DNA of 64,000 bases from an uncultured delta proteobacterium (GTDB taxonomy: Bacteria; Myxococcota_A; Polyangia; Fen-1088). A program made the translations under genes and the position numbers. The notes under the pieces were generated by a model that ran no database searches, had not been told where the DNA came from, and saw only the letters and a program-made list of their open reading frames with translations. The stretch is from assembly GCA_963767925.1 (NCBI GenBank), contig CAVYGB010000010.1, positions 64,001 through 128,000 of the forward strand. The letters are read 5' to 3'. This document shows positions 32,855-41,317 of the stretch, piece by piece (within the stretch, counting starts at the first letter, position 1; each line of letters starts with the position of its first letter).

Positions 32855-33997
32855 GTGCCCCAGGAAACCGCCATCGACGAAGCGCTCTCACCCCTGCTGG
32901 CCCGCTACGGTTTCGACCGGGCCCTCTTCGATCGCCTGCGCCAGCGCCTGCGCGAGGGGCGGGGCGGCGCAGCGGACAACATCCTGCGCGGCCAGGTCCT
33001 GCCGCCCGCGCCCGACGACCTCCCCACCCTGCCCGACCGCGGCAGCCCCGCCTTCGCCGCCCTCAGCGCGGCGGGCGAGCGGGCCCTCGCCGCCGGACAG
33101 GTGGGCGTCGTCGTGCTGGCCGGCGGGATGGCCACCCGCTTCGGCGGGGGCGTCAAGGCGCAGGTGGAGGTGCTGCCCGGTCAATCGTTCTTCGACCTCA
33201 AGCTGGCCGACGTCAAGCGGCTCAGCGACCGGCTGTCGGCCCACATCCCCGTCTACCTGCTGGTCAGCTTCGCCACCCACGAGGTTGTCGAGCAACTCGG
33301 GCGGGGGGCCAGCGCGGCGCTGGTCCCGGTCGAGGCGGTGCCCCAGTTCCTGCTGCTGCGCCTGTCCCCGGAGGGCGAGCTGCTCGCGGGCGCCGACGGC
33401 AAACCTTCCCCCTACGCCTGCGGGCACGGCGACCTCACCTTCGCCCTGCGGGCCTCGGGAGCGCTGGGCCGCTTCCGGGCCGCGGGCGGTCGGGCCCTCT
33501 TCGTCTCGAACGTCGACAACCTGGCCGCCACCCTCGAGCCGGCGGTCATCGGCGCCCACCTCGAGAGCGGCCGGGCCATCACCGTCGAGGTGGTGGCCGC
33601 CGAGAAGGGCGACGTGGGCGGCGCCCCCGCCCGGGTCGACGGCCGGCTGCAGGTGGTCGAGGCCTTCCGCTTTCCGCCCGCTTTCCCGCAGGACCAGCTC
33701 CCCGCCTTCAATACAAACACCTTCGTGCTCGACGCCGCCGCCGTCGATCGAGACTTCGACCTGACCTGGTTCCAGGTGAAAAAGCGGGTCGACGGCAAGG
33801 AGGCGATCCAGTTCGAGCGGCTGCTCGGCGAGGTGACGGCCCATCTGTCCACCGGGCTGCTGGTGGTCCCCCGCCACCCCCCCGAGGGGCGCTTCGAGCC
33901 GATCAAGGAACCGGACGATCTGGAGCGACGACGCGACGCCATCCGGGCCACCCTGGCCAGCCGCGGGGTCCTGCCCAGCGGCGGCCAATCCGTGTAA
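32855..33997 (+). CDS. UDPGP (PF01704)-family nucleotide-sugar pyrophosphorylase
   Basis: LAGGMATRFGGGVK, GHGD, SNVDNL, GG..A, FNTN, QFE, RFEPIK. Confidence 0.85.
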   Translation: MPQETAIDEALSPLLARYGFDRALFDRLRQRLREGRGGAADNILRGQVLPPAPDDLPTLPDRGSPAFAALSAAGERALAAGQVGVVVLAGGMATRFGGGVKAQVEVLPGQSFFDLKLADVKRLSDRLSAHIPVYLLVSFATHEVVEQLGRGASAALVPVEAVPQFLLLRLSPEGELLAGADGKPSPYACGHGDLTFALRASGALGRFRAAGGRALFVSNVDNLAATLEPAVIGAHLESGRAITVEVVAAEKGDVGGAPARVDGRLQVVEAFRFPPAFPQDQLPAFNTNTFVLDAAAVDRDFDLTWFQVKKRVDGKEAIQFERLLGEVTAHLSTGLLVVPRHPPEGRFEPIKEPDDLERRRDAIRATLASRGVLPSGGQSV

Positions 33998-34029
33998 TCT
34001 GCCGGGCGCGCCAGCGAGGCCAAAACAAC

Positions 34030-34509
34030 ATGACCATCGGACCCAAGACCGTCGTTTCCATCGAATACGTCCTCAAGGACGACGCCGGAGAGGAGCTCGA
34101 CAGCTCGAGCGGGCGCGACCCTCTCACCTACCTGCACGGAGTCGGCAACCTGGTGCCAGGCCTGGAGCGGGCCCTCGAGGGCAAGGGGAAAGGCGACGGC
34201 GTCGACGTCACCTTGCCGCCCGCCGACGCCTACGGCGACCGGGACGAGAAGCTCGTTCGCAACCTCCCCCTGCGCAAGATCGCCGACAAGAAACCCCAGG
34301 TGGGCCAGCGCTACCGGGCCCAGCTCGAGGACGGCCAGGCCATCGTCCTCGTGACGGGGCTACGCGGCGACTACGCCACCATCGACGCCAACCACCCGCT
34401 GGCCGGCATGACCCTGCACTTCCAGGTCAAGGTGGTCGAGATCCGGGAGGCGACGGCCGACGAGATCACCCACGGCCACGTGCACGGCGGCGACGACCAC
34501 CACCACTGA
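34030..34509 (+). CDS. slyD: FKBP-type peptidyl-prolyl isomerase
   Basis: PLTYLHG, GLERAL, AYGDRD, DANHPLAG, His-rich tail. Confidence 0.93.
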   Translation: MTIGPKTVVSIEYVLKDDAGEELDSSSGRDPLTYLHGVGNLVPGLERALEGKGKGDGVDVTLPPADAYGDRDEKLVRNLPLRKIADKKPQVGQRYRAQLEDGQAIVLVTGLRGDYATIDANHPLAGMTLHFQVKVVEIREATADEITHGHVHGGDDHHH

Positions 34510-34521
34510 GGACCGCGCCGC

Positions 34522-36486
34522 TCAGGGACCGGCCGAGGTCCAGATGCGGCCGTAGTTCGAGGGGACCGTGAGGCTGGTGGGCTGCCAGGCCTGGACGCCC
34601 GTCAGATCGAGCGCCCCCCCGTGCAGCTCCTCCCGGAAACGTCCCCCGAAGGGAAACCAGAAGGGGACGGTCTGCTCGCTGTCGCCGGTGTTCAGCGCCA
34701 CCAGCGTGTAGCTGGTGTCGGTGTAGCGGGCGAAGAGCAGCAGGCCCCGGCTCTGGTAGCGGTCCCAGTCGTCGAAGAAGAAGTGGGCCCCGGCCCGGAG
34801 CTGGGGCAGGTCCCGCCGCAAGCGCAGCAGGTCCCGCACCAGCTTGACGAGCCGCTTGCCCACCTCGTCGTAAAAGTAGTCCCAGCGCATGGGCCGCAGG
34901 AGCATCACCCGCCCCAGGCCGTCGTTGGGCAGGAAGTAGTTCTCCCCCAGCTCCTGCCCCTGCCAGAGCAGGGGGATGCCCTTGCTGGCCAGCACGCCCA
35001 TCAAGTAGGGCTGCACCTTGTACCAGAGGCCGCGGTCGCCCTCCCGGAACAGCGGGTTGCCGTCGCGCTCGGCGGTCCGGAAGTGGCAAACGAACCGCTC
35101 GTGGTCGTGGTTCTCGATGTATTGCAGGGGCGCCCGGGGCAAGGTGACGCCGTTGGTGGTCTGCTCGGTCGGGAAGCCGGCCGCGCCCAGCCGGTGGCCC
35201 AGGTCGGTCAGGCGCGCGCGATCGCCCCGGGCCACCGCCACCGCGGCGTCGTAGGTGCGGTTCTGCCAGGTCGAGGTGGTGTAGGTCTCGGAAAGCACCT
35301 GCTCGGGCGCCTCGAGCTGCTCGGCGCACTGGACGATGGCCGGCCGGTCGGCCTCCCCGAAGCGCCGCCAGGCGCTGGTGGGGCCGGCGGCGCCGAGCTC
35401 CCGACGGGCCAGCTCGAAGGTCTCGTAGACCAGGCGGGCGTAGCCCTTCCCCATGGGCCCATCCCAGTAGTTGGGCACGCAGTCGTAGCGGAACCCGTCG
35501 ACGTGATAGACCTCGAGCCAGTGGCGGTTGACCGCCAGGAAGTAGTCCCGGGTGAGGGCCCGACCGAAATCGGTGCTGGCGCCGAAGTAGTCGGCCGCGC
35601 CGAAGGAGCCCATGAAGGGGTTCTCCCGGCCCAGCCGCCCGTACAGGTACTGGTACCCGAAGTCGTCGGCGGTGTGGCCAAAGACGGCGTCGACAACCAC
35701 GGCGATGCCGCGCTGGTGGGACTCGGCCACGAAGCGCTGGAAGTCGCGCCGCTTGCCGAATCGCTCGTCGATCCCGAAGTAGCCCAGGGGCAGGTACCCC
35801 CAGTCGACATCGAGGGCCACGTTGGACACCGGCATCACCTCGACCGCGTTGACCCCCAGGTCCTGCAGGTAGGCGAGTCGATCGATGGCGCCGGCGACGT
35901 CGCCCCCGAACTCGGCCAGGTTCAGCTCGTACAGCACCAGGTCGGCCAGCGGCGGGACCCGGTAGGCCGCCTCGACGGCGGCGTCCCAGGTGAAGTCCTG
36001 GTAGCCCAGGGTGAAGGCGGACAGCTTGCCCACCCCGAACTCCCGGGCGAATGGGTCGACAACCCAGTCGATCTCGCTGCCGTCGGGGCGCTGGAGGCAA
36101 TAACGATAGACGTAGCGCTGCTCGGCGCCCGACCGGCCCCAGGCCGACTCCGGCCGCAGCGGCGGCGTGGCGGCGATGTCGACGGCGGTCGACCAGTAGT
36201 CGCCGTAGGGGCTCTCCTGGGCGTGGGCGAGGGGGAAGACCTGGGCGGGGATGTGCTGCAGGAACTGGTCGGCCTCGTGGATGACCTTGACCCGCACGGC
36301 GTCCCCGCTCTGCGGCGAGATCCCGGGCAACCAGATCCCGAAGCGCACCTGCTGGCCGTCCTGGTGGGCGCCGACCTTCTTCATGTCGAGCTGGGCCGGC
36401 AGGGCCCGCCCCACCGCCGCCGCCCGCGCGTTGCGCGGAGCCGGCCCCCGCGTTCGCCCGATCTCGATCCTCTCGGCTTCGTTCAT
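34522..36486 (-). CDS. GH13 alpha-amylase-family enzyme (branching enzyme/TreZ-like)
   Basis: LYEL, LGVNAVEVMPV, WGY.P, DAVFGH, DGFRYD (nucleophile), AEQ, ENHD. Confidence 0.88.
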   Translation of the reverse strand: MNEAERIEIGRTRGPAPRNARAAAVGRALPAQLDMKKVGAHQDGQQVRFGIWLPGISPQSGDAVRVKVIHEADQFLQHIPAQVFPLAHAQESPYGDYWSTAVDIAATPPLRPESAWGRSGAEQRYVYRYCLQRPDGSEIDWVVDPFAREFGVGKLSAFTLGYQDFTWDAAVEAAYRVPPLADLVLYELNLAEFGGDVAGAIDRLAYLQDLGVNAVEVMPVSNVALDVDWGYLPLGYFGIDERFGKRRDFQRFVAESHQRGIAVVVDAVFGHTADDFGYQYLYGRLGRENPFMGSFGAADYFGASTDFGRALTRDYFLAVNRHWLEVYHVDGFRYDCVPNYWDGPMGKGYARLVYETFELARRELGAAGPTSAWRRFGEADRPAIVQCAEQLEAPEQVLSETYTTSTWQNRTYDAAVAVARGDRARLTDLGHRLGAAGFPTEQTTNGVTLPRAPLQYIENHDHERFVCHFRTAERDGNPLFREGDRGLWYKVQPYLMGVLASKGIPLLWQGQELGENYFLPNDGLGRVMLLRPMRWDYFYDEVGKRLVKLVRDLLRLRRDLPQLRAGAHFFFDDWDRYQSRGLLLFARYTDTSYTLVALNTGDSEQTVPFWFPFGGRFREELHGGALDLTGVQAWQPTSLTVPSNYGRIWTSAGP

Positions 36487-36705
36487 CGCCCTGCCTCCCC
36501 GTTCCGATAACGGCCGACCGCCCGCTTGTTCCCGCTCGGGGCCGAACGATCAGAATCCGCCGGCTAGAATACGCCGCCCCTCGGTGCCCGCGTAGTCGGG
36601 ATAGCCCCGAAGCGCGGGCGGCGGGCCGGAGGTCGGTGGCGAGGGGGTCATCCCCCTACCCGCCGGCAGTTGACCAGCGGGCCAGACCGCACCCACAGTG
36701 CTGGG

Positions 36706-38094
36706 ATGGGTGGCGAGCCGACAGCGCTGGACTGCGACGCGATAATCCTGGGGTCCGGGCAGGCCGGGGTGCCGCTCGCGACAAAGCTGGCCGCCAAGGG
36801 GCGGCGCGTGGTGGTCATCGAGGCGGCCGCCCCGGGGGGGACCTGTGTCAACACCGGCTGCACGCCCACCAAGACCCTCATCGCGAGCGCCCGGGCGGCG
36901 CACGTGGCCCGCACCGCCGCGCGGCTGGGGGTGCACACCGCCGAGGTGACGGTCGACTTCGCGGCGGTGATGGCCCGCAAGAACGCCATCGTGGCCCGCT
37001 GGCGGGAGGGCGTGGAGCGGCGGCTCGGGGGGGACGGCATCACCCTGCTGCGCGGCCGCGGGCGCTTCGTGGGCCCCCGCACCGTCGAGATCGACGGCCG
37101 CCGGGTGCGCGCCCCGCTGGTCGTCATCAACGTGGGGGGACGGCCGGCCGCGCCCCACCTGCCCGGGCTCGAGCGGGTCCCCTGGCTGGATCACGCCGGG
37201 CTGCTCGACGTGCGGACCCTGCCGTCGCACCTCATCATCGTGGGGGCCGGGTACATCGGCTGCGAGATGGCGCAGCTCTTCCGCCGGCTCGGATCGGCCG
37301 TCACGGTGGTCGGGCGCCAGCCGCACCTCCTGCCCCGGGAGGACGAGGACGTCTCGAGCGTGCTCGAGGAGGTGTTCCGGGGCGAAGGGATCGATCTGCG
37401 GCTGGGGAGCCAGATCGAGGCGCTCGAGCCCGGGAGCAACCAGGGCGCCGCCGTGCGGGCCCACCTCGGCGGCGGGACCGAGCTGCGGGGATCGCACCTG
37501 CTGCTGGCCCTGGGCCGGCGGCCCAACACCGACGGCCTCGGCTGCGAGGCGGCTGGCATCGCCCTCACCGGCGACGGGCACGTGCAGGTCGACGATCGCT
37601 ACCGGACCAGCGCGGAGGGCGTCCACGCCGTGGGCGACGTCATCCCGGGCCCCCAGTTTACCCACGTGAGCTGGGACGACCACCGGCGCCTGCTGGCCAT
37701 CCTCGAGGGCCGTTCGCAGGTGGGTCGCTCGGAGGCGGTCGTCCCGAGCTGCGTGTTCACCGATCCCCAGGTGGCGGCGGTCGGGCCGAACGAGCGGCAA
37801 GCCCGCGCGCAGGGGCTGCGCTACGAGGTGGCCACCTTGCCCTGGAAGAACATCGCCCGCGCCACCGAGACCGACGAGACCGCGGGCCTGATAAAGGTGC
37901 TCATCGCGCCCGACACCGAGCAGATCCTCGGAGCCCGGCTGGTCGGAGCGGAGGCGGGCGAGCTCCTTCACGTCTTCTCCGCCCTGATGGTGGCCAGAGC
38001 CTCGGCCCGCACCCTGGTGGACGGCCAGATCGCCCACCCCACCCTCGCCGAGGGCTTGCAGTCCGTCCTGACGAAGCTGCCCCGCTTCGCTTGA
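36706..38094 (+). CDS. Class I pyridine nucleotide-disulfide oxidoreductase (RclA/MerA-like, lacks the MerA C-terminal Cys pair)
   Basis: GSGQAG, GGTCVNTGCTPTK, GAGYIGCE, FTDP, HPTLAE. Confidence 0.9.
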   Translation: MGGEPTALDCDAIILGSGQAGVPLATKLAAKGRRVVVIEAAAPGGTCVNTGCTPTKTLIASARAAHVARTAARLGVHTAEVTVDFAAVMARKNAIVARWREGVERRLGGDGITLLRGRGRFVGPRTVEIDGRRVRAPLVVINVGGRPAAPHLPGLERVPWLDHAGLLDVRTLPSHLIIVGAGYIGCEMAQLFRRLGSAVTVVGRQPHLLPREDEDVSSVLEEVFRGEGIDLRLGSQIEALEPGSNQGAAVRAHLGGGTELRGSHLLLALGRRPNTDGLGCEAAGIALTGDGHVQVDDRYRTSAEGVHAVGDVIPGPQFTHVSWDDHRRLLAILEGRSQVGRSEAVVPSCVFTDPQVAAVGPNERQARAQGLRYEVATLPWKNIARATETDETAGLIKVLIAPDTEQILGARLVGAEAGELLHVFSALMVARASARTLVDGQIAHPTLAEGLQSVLTKLPRFA

Positions 38095-38194
38095 GCTCCC
38101 GTCTCCCGGTGGGACGGCGGCGGTGGCGGCACGAATCGTGCCTTACACACCCCGGATGGAGGAGACAGGCGGCGGGGTCGGAGGGGGGCGATTT

Positions 38195-38209
38195 GATCCA
38201 TAATGGATC
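38195..38209. promoter_or_regulatory. Palindrome GATCCAT-A-ATGGATC overlapping a -10-like CATAAT
   Basis: Perfect 7-bp arms, 25 bp upstream of the M23 gene. Confidence 0.45.
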
Positions 38210-38233
38210 CGAACGTTCGCCCCCTCGCTCCCG

Positions 38234-39091
38234 ATGAACGCCCTGCTCCTCACCACCCTCCTGCTGGCGGGTCCCGACGCTGCGGTCGATGCGCCTGTCG
38301 CTCCGGCGGAGCCGGTCCTCTCCATGGCCGACGCCACCATCACCTCCTCGCTGAGCGGGGCGCTCGCCCGGGAGCCCGACGGCGCGGTGCTGTCGGCGCT
38401 GGCGGGGCGAATTTTCATGTGGCACGTCGACCTCAACAAGGAGATCGAGCGGGGGGATCGGGTGCGCCTGCTCTACTACCGGGACGGGGCCGGGGACCTC
38501 ATCGTCGCGGCCGCGCGCTACCGGTCGGCCCGCAAGGGGACCACCTTCGACGCCTTTCGCTTCCAGGCCACCGGCGACATCGCGCCGAGCTACTGGGACG
38601 CCGACGGCAAAGAGGTCCCGGAGCGGCTCCGCGACGGGCCCCTGCGCAGCTACGATCAGATCACCGCCCTCCTCAAGGATCGACCGACCCACCGGGGGAT
38701 GGACTTCAAGGCGCCCATCGGGACACCGGTCCACGCCCACCGGACCGGCACCGTGAGCCGGGTGAACTGGCGGCGGGGGGGCAACGGCATGTGCCTCGAG
38801 ATCCGGTTCGGCGACGGCACCCTGGCCAAGTACCTGCACCTGTCGGCCATCTCGGCCCGCCGCGGGCAGCGGGTGAAACCGGGAGACCGGGTGGCGCTCA
38901 CCGGAAACACCGGGCGGTCGACGGCGCCCCATCTGCACTACCAGCTCGAGCGGGGCAGCCGCACCGTCGACCCGCTCGACTACCACGGCACCTACCGCCG
39001 CGCGCTCACGCCCCCGGACCGCGCCTCGTTTTCGCTCGAGCGGCGCCGCTTGCTGGCCCGCCTGCAGCAGCCCGGCGCGCCCGATCGCTGA
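38234..39091 (+). CDS. M23 family metallopeptidase
   Basis: HRGMD, GTPV, YLHLS, GNTGRSTAPHLHY. Confidence 0.92.
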   Translation: MNALLLTTLLLAGPDAAVDAPVAPAEPVLSMADATITSSLSGALAREPDGAVLSALAGRIFMWHVDLNKEIERGDRVRLLYYRDGAGDLIVAAARYRSARKGTTFDAFRFQATGDIAPSYWDADGKEVPERLRDGPLRSYDQITALLKDRPTHRGMDFKAPIGTPVHAHRTGTVSRVNWRRGGNGMCLEIRFGDGTLAKYLHLSAISARRGQRVKPGDRVALTGNTGRSTAPHLHYQLERGSRTVDPLDYHGTYRRALTPPDRASFSLERRRLLARLQQPGAPDR

Positions 39092-39584
39092 CACCGTCAG
39101 CCGATCCCGCGGGCCGCGGGCGGCCGCGCCGCCAGAGGATCTCCAGGTGGCCGGGGGCCACCAGGTCGGGGAGGCGACCGACCCGCTCGAAGCCGAGCGC
39201 CCGGTAGAAGCGAGCGGCGGCCCGGTTCTCCCGGGCGGACGAGGTGTAGAGCCAGCGCGCCCCCGCGAACACCCGGACGGCGGCGTCCTCCACCAGGGCG
39301 CGCCCGATCCCCTGCCCGGCCTCGGCGGCGGGTACCGCCAGCAGGGCGATGAACCCGCCCAGCAGCACCTGCGGCTGCACCACGATGATCCCCACGACGC
39401 GCGCGCCGGCCCCCCGCCCCTGGACCGCCACCCGCACCCAGCCCTCGGCCGATCGGCGGGCCAGCCAGCGCCCCAGCCCGTCGGCCCGGTACCCCAGCGA
39501 CCGCCAGGGCTCCGCGGCCACGATCCAGCGCGCCTGGCGGCGGGCCTCGCCGGGGCGGGCCCGGCGGATGCGGGTGGCCTTCAC
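39006..39584 (-). CDS. GNAT N-acetyltransferase
   Basis: EPW..LG, LAV...GQGIGRAL, N.AAARFYRALGF; 3' end overlaps the convergent M23 gene. Confidence 0.8.
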   Translation of the reverse strand: MKATRIRRARPGEARRQARWIVAAEPWRSLGYRADGLGRWLARRSAEGWVRVAVQGRGAGARVVGIIVVQPQVLLGGFIALLAVPAAEAGQGIGRALVEDAAVRVFAGARWLYTSSARENRAAARFYRALGFERVGRLPDLVAPGHLEILWRRGRPRPAGSADGVSDRARRAAAGGPASGAARAKTRRGPGA

Positions 39585-39633
39585 GACCGGCGAGCTTGCC
39601 CCCCGGCGGCGGGGCCGGTCGAGGACAAACCGC

Positions 39634-40422
39634 TCACGGGTGGTCGGCCGCGGTCAGGGCGGGCGGCGGCGGCACCCGCTTGCGGTAGCGGCGGGGCTGG
39701 GCCTGGACGATGGTGGCGTCGGGCAGGCGCAGCAGCTCCGAGACCCGCACGAAGCCGAAGCCCCGCTCGCGCAGCCGGCGGATGATCTCGGGCAGCGCCT
39801 TCTTCGTCTCCGGGCCCCGCCCGTTGATGTGGAAGATCACGATCGACCCGGGCTGCACGGCGGCGGTCACCCCCTCCACCATCCGCCGGGCGCTGACGTA
39901 GCCGCCCGCGTCCTGCGAGACGACGTCCCACAGGACGATGGGGCGGCCCCCGGTCTGGAAGGGGAGCCAGGCCGCCCAGTCCCCGAAGGGCGGCCGGAAG
40001 CCAACCGACTGCCGGTCGAGCGAGGCGATGATCCGATCGGTCCGCTCGATGTCGGCGCGGGCCTGCTCCATGGTGAGCCTCGAGAAGGCCGGGTGATCGT
40101 AGGAGTGGTTGCCGAGCTCGATGAGCGGCTCGCTGGCCAGGGCCAGCGCCTCTTGCCGGTGGGTCTCGACCCAGCGGCCCGAGACGAACACGGTGGCCGG
40201 GACCTCCTCGTCCTGCAGGATCTCGAACACGTCGCTGTCGAAGCCGCGCGGGCCGCGCTGGGTGGGACAGGCGTCGAAGGTCAAGGCCACCACCGGCTGG
40301 CGGGTGGTCACGGCGGCGATGGCGCTGGCGGCGCTCCCCGGTCCTGTCACCCGCTCGCCGGCGGCGACCGGCGCGGCGCCGGCCAGCAGCAGCACCAGCA
40401 GCCCGAGCCTTCGCCACCCCAT
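39634..40422 (-). CDS. CE4 polysaccharide deacetylase (secreted)
   Basis: Signal peptide; VALTFDAC, ATVFVSG, GNHSYDH, FRPPFG, GSIVIFH. Confidence 0.88.
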   Translation of the reverse strand: MGWRRLGLLVLLLAGAAPVAAGERVTGPGSAASAIAAVTTRQPVVALTFDACPTQRGPRGFDSDVFEILQDEEVPATVFVSGRWVETHRQEALALASEPLIELGNHSYDHPAFSRLTMEQARADIERTDRIIASLDRQSVGFRPPFGDWAAWLPFQTGGRPIVLWDVVSQDAGGYVSARRMVEGVTAAVQPGSIVIFHINGRGPETKKALPEIIRRLRERGFGFVRVSELLRLPDATIVQAQPRRYRKRVPPPPALTAADHP

Positions 40423-40471
40423 GGGTGACGTTTCGACCGGAAATGGCGCGCCGTTTATGTAGTATGCGTAC

Positions 40472-41317
40472 TTACAATTTTTCTGACTTATTCATGTCGG
40501 CCTCCAGCACCGCCAGGTTGCGCGCAAGCCCCGGCAGGGTCGGCTGCAAGGCGTGGGCGGTGCGGTAGGCCCGGTGGGCCTCGGCGAGGCGGCCCAGCAT
40601 GTGCTCGACAAGGCCGATGCTGGCATGGGCCTCGGCGAAGGTGGGAAAGTCGGCCGCCGCGCGCCGGTAGCGGGCCAGCGCCTCCTGGGTGCGGCCGCGC
40701 TCGCGCAGCTCGTTGGCCAGGTTGAAGCGCAGGACGGCCGCCACCTCGGGCGGGGTGAGCGGGCGCAGGTAGGCCGCGCCGGCCGCGGGCACCGCGTATT
40801 TGCTGCGATACCAGCTATCGGGCATCGGCTCGCCCTGGCGCAGCAGCTCGACGTTGGCCAGGCCGGGCCCGGCCCCGTCGCGCACGCGCACGAAGAAGTG
40901 GCCCGGCACCAGCACGCCGACCGCCGGCACCCCGGCCGCTTCGGCCAGCGCCAGGTACAGGCTGCCGAGGCCCACGCAGGTCCCCCGCCGCTCGCGCACG
41001 ACCCCGGGCAGCAGCATGAAGCGGGCCTGCTGGCTGGTGATCTCGCGCTCGAACCGGCCCTCTTCGAACAGCAGCCGCCGGAACACCTCGGCCGGGCGGT
41101 CCCCCCGGCGCAGGGCCGGCTTCGCGCGCTCCACCATCCGGCCCAGCTCGGCCCGGGTCAGGTCCGCCGTCGCCGCGCTCAGGTCCCCCGTCTCGAGCGC
41201 CACCTCCAGCAGGGCCGACAGGGCGGGTCCGGGCGGCGGCTGCCGGCGGCAACCGGCCAGCAGGCCCAGCAGCAGCGCCAGCAGGGCCGCCTGGGGGACG
41301 CGGGGGACGCGCATCAC
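40472..41317 (-). CDS. SirB1/transglutaminase-like lipoprotein with TPRs
   Basis: Lipobox LAGC; RRGTCVGL..LY, PGHFFVR, NVE (putative Cys-His-acid triad); C-terminal TPRs. Confidence 0.8.
   Translation of the reverse strand: MMRVPRVPQAALLALLLGLLAGCRRQPPPGPALSALLEVALETGDLSAATADLTRAELGRMVERAKPALRRGDRPAEVFRRLLFEEGRFEREITSQQARFMLLPGVVRERRGTCVGLGSLYLALAEAAGVPAVGVLVPGHFFVRVRDGAGPGLANVELLRQGEPMPDSWYRSKYAVPAAGAAYLRPLTPPEVAAVLRFNLANELRERGRTQEALARYRRAAADFPTFAEAHASIGLVEHMLGRLAEAHRAYRTAHALQPTLPGLARNLAVLEADMNKSEKL

Noticed and set aside
36706..38094. merA mercury resistance gene
   Set aside because: No C-terminal Cys-Cys, no NmerA domain, no mer operon.
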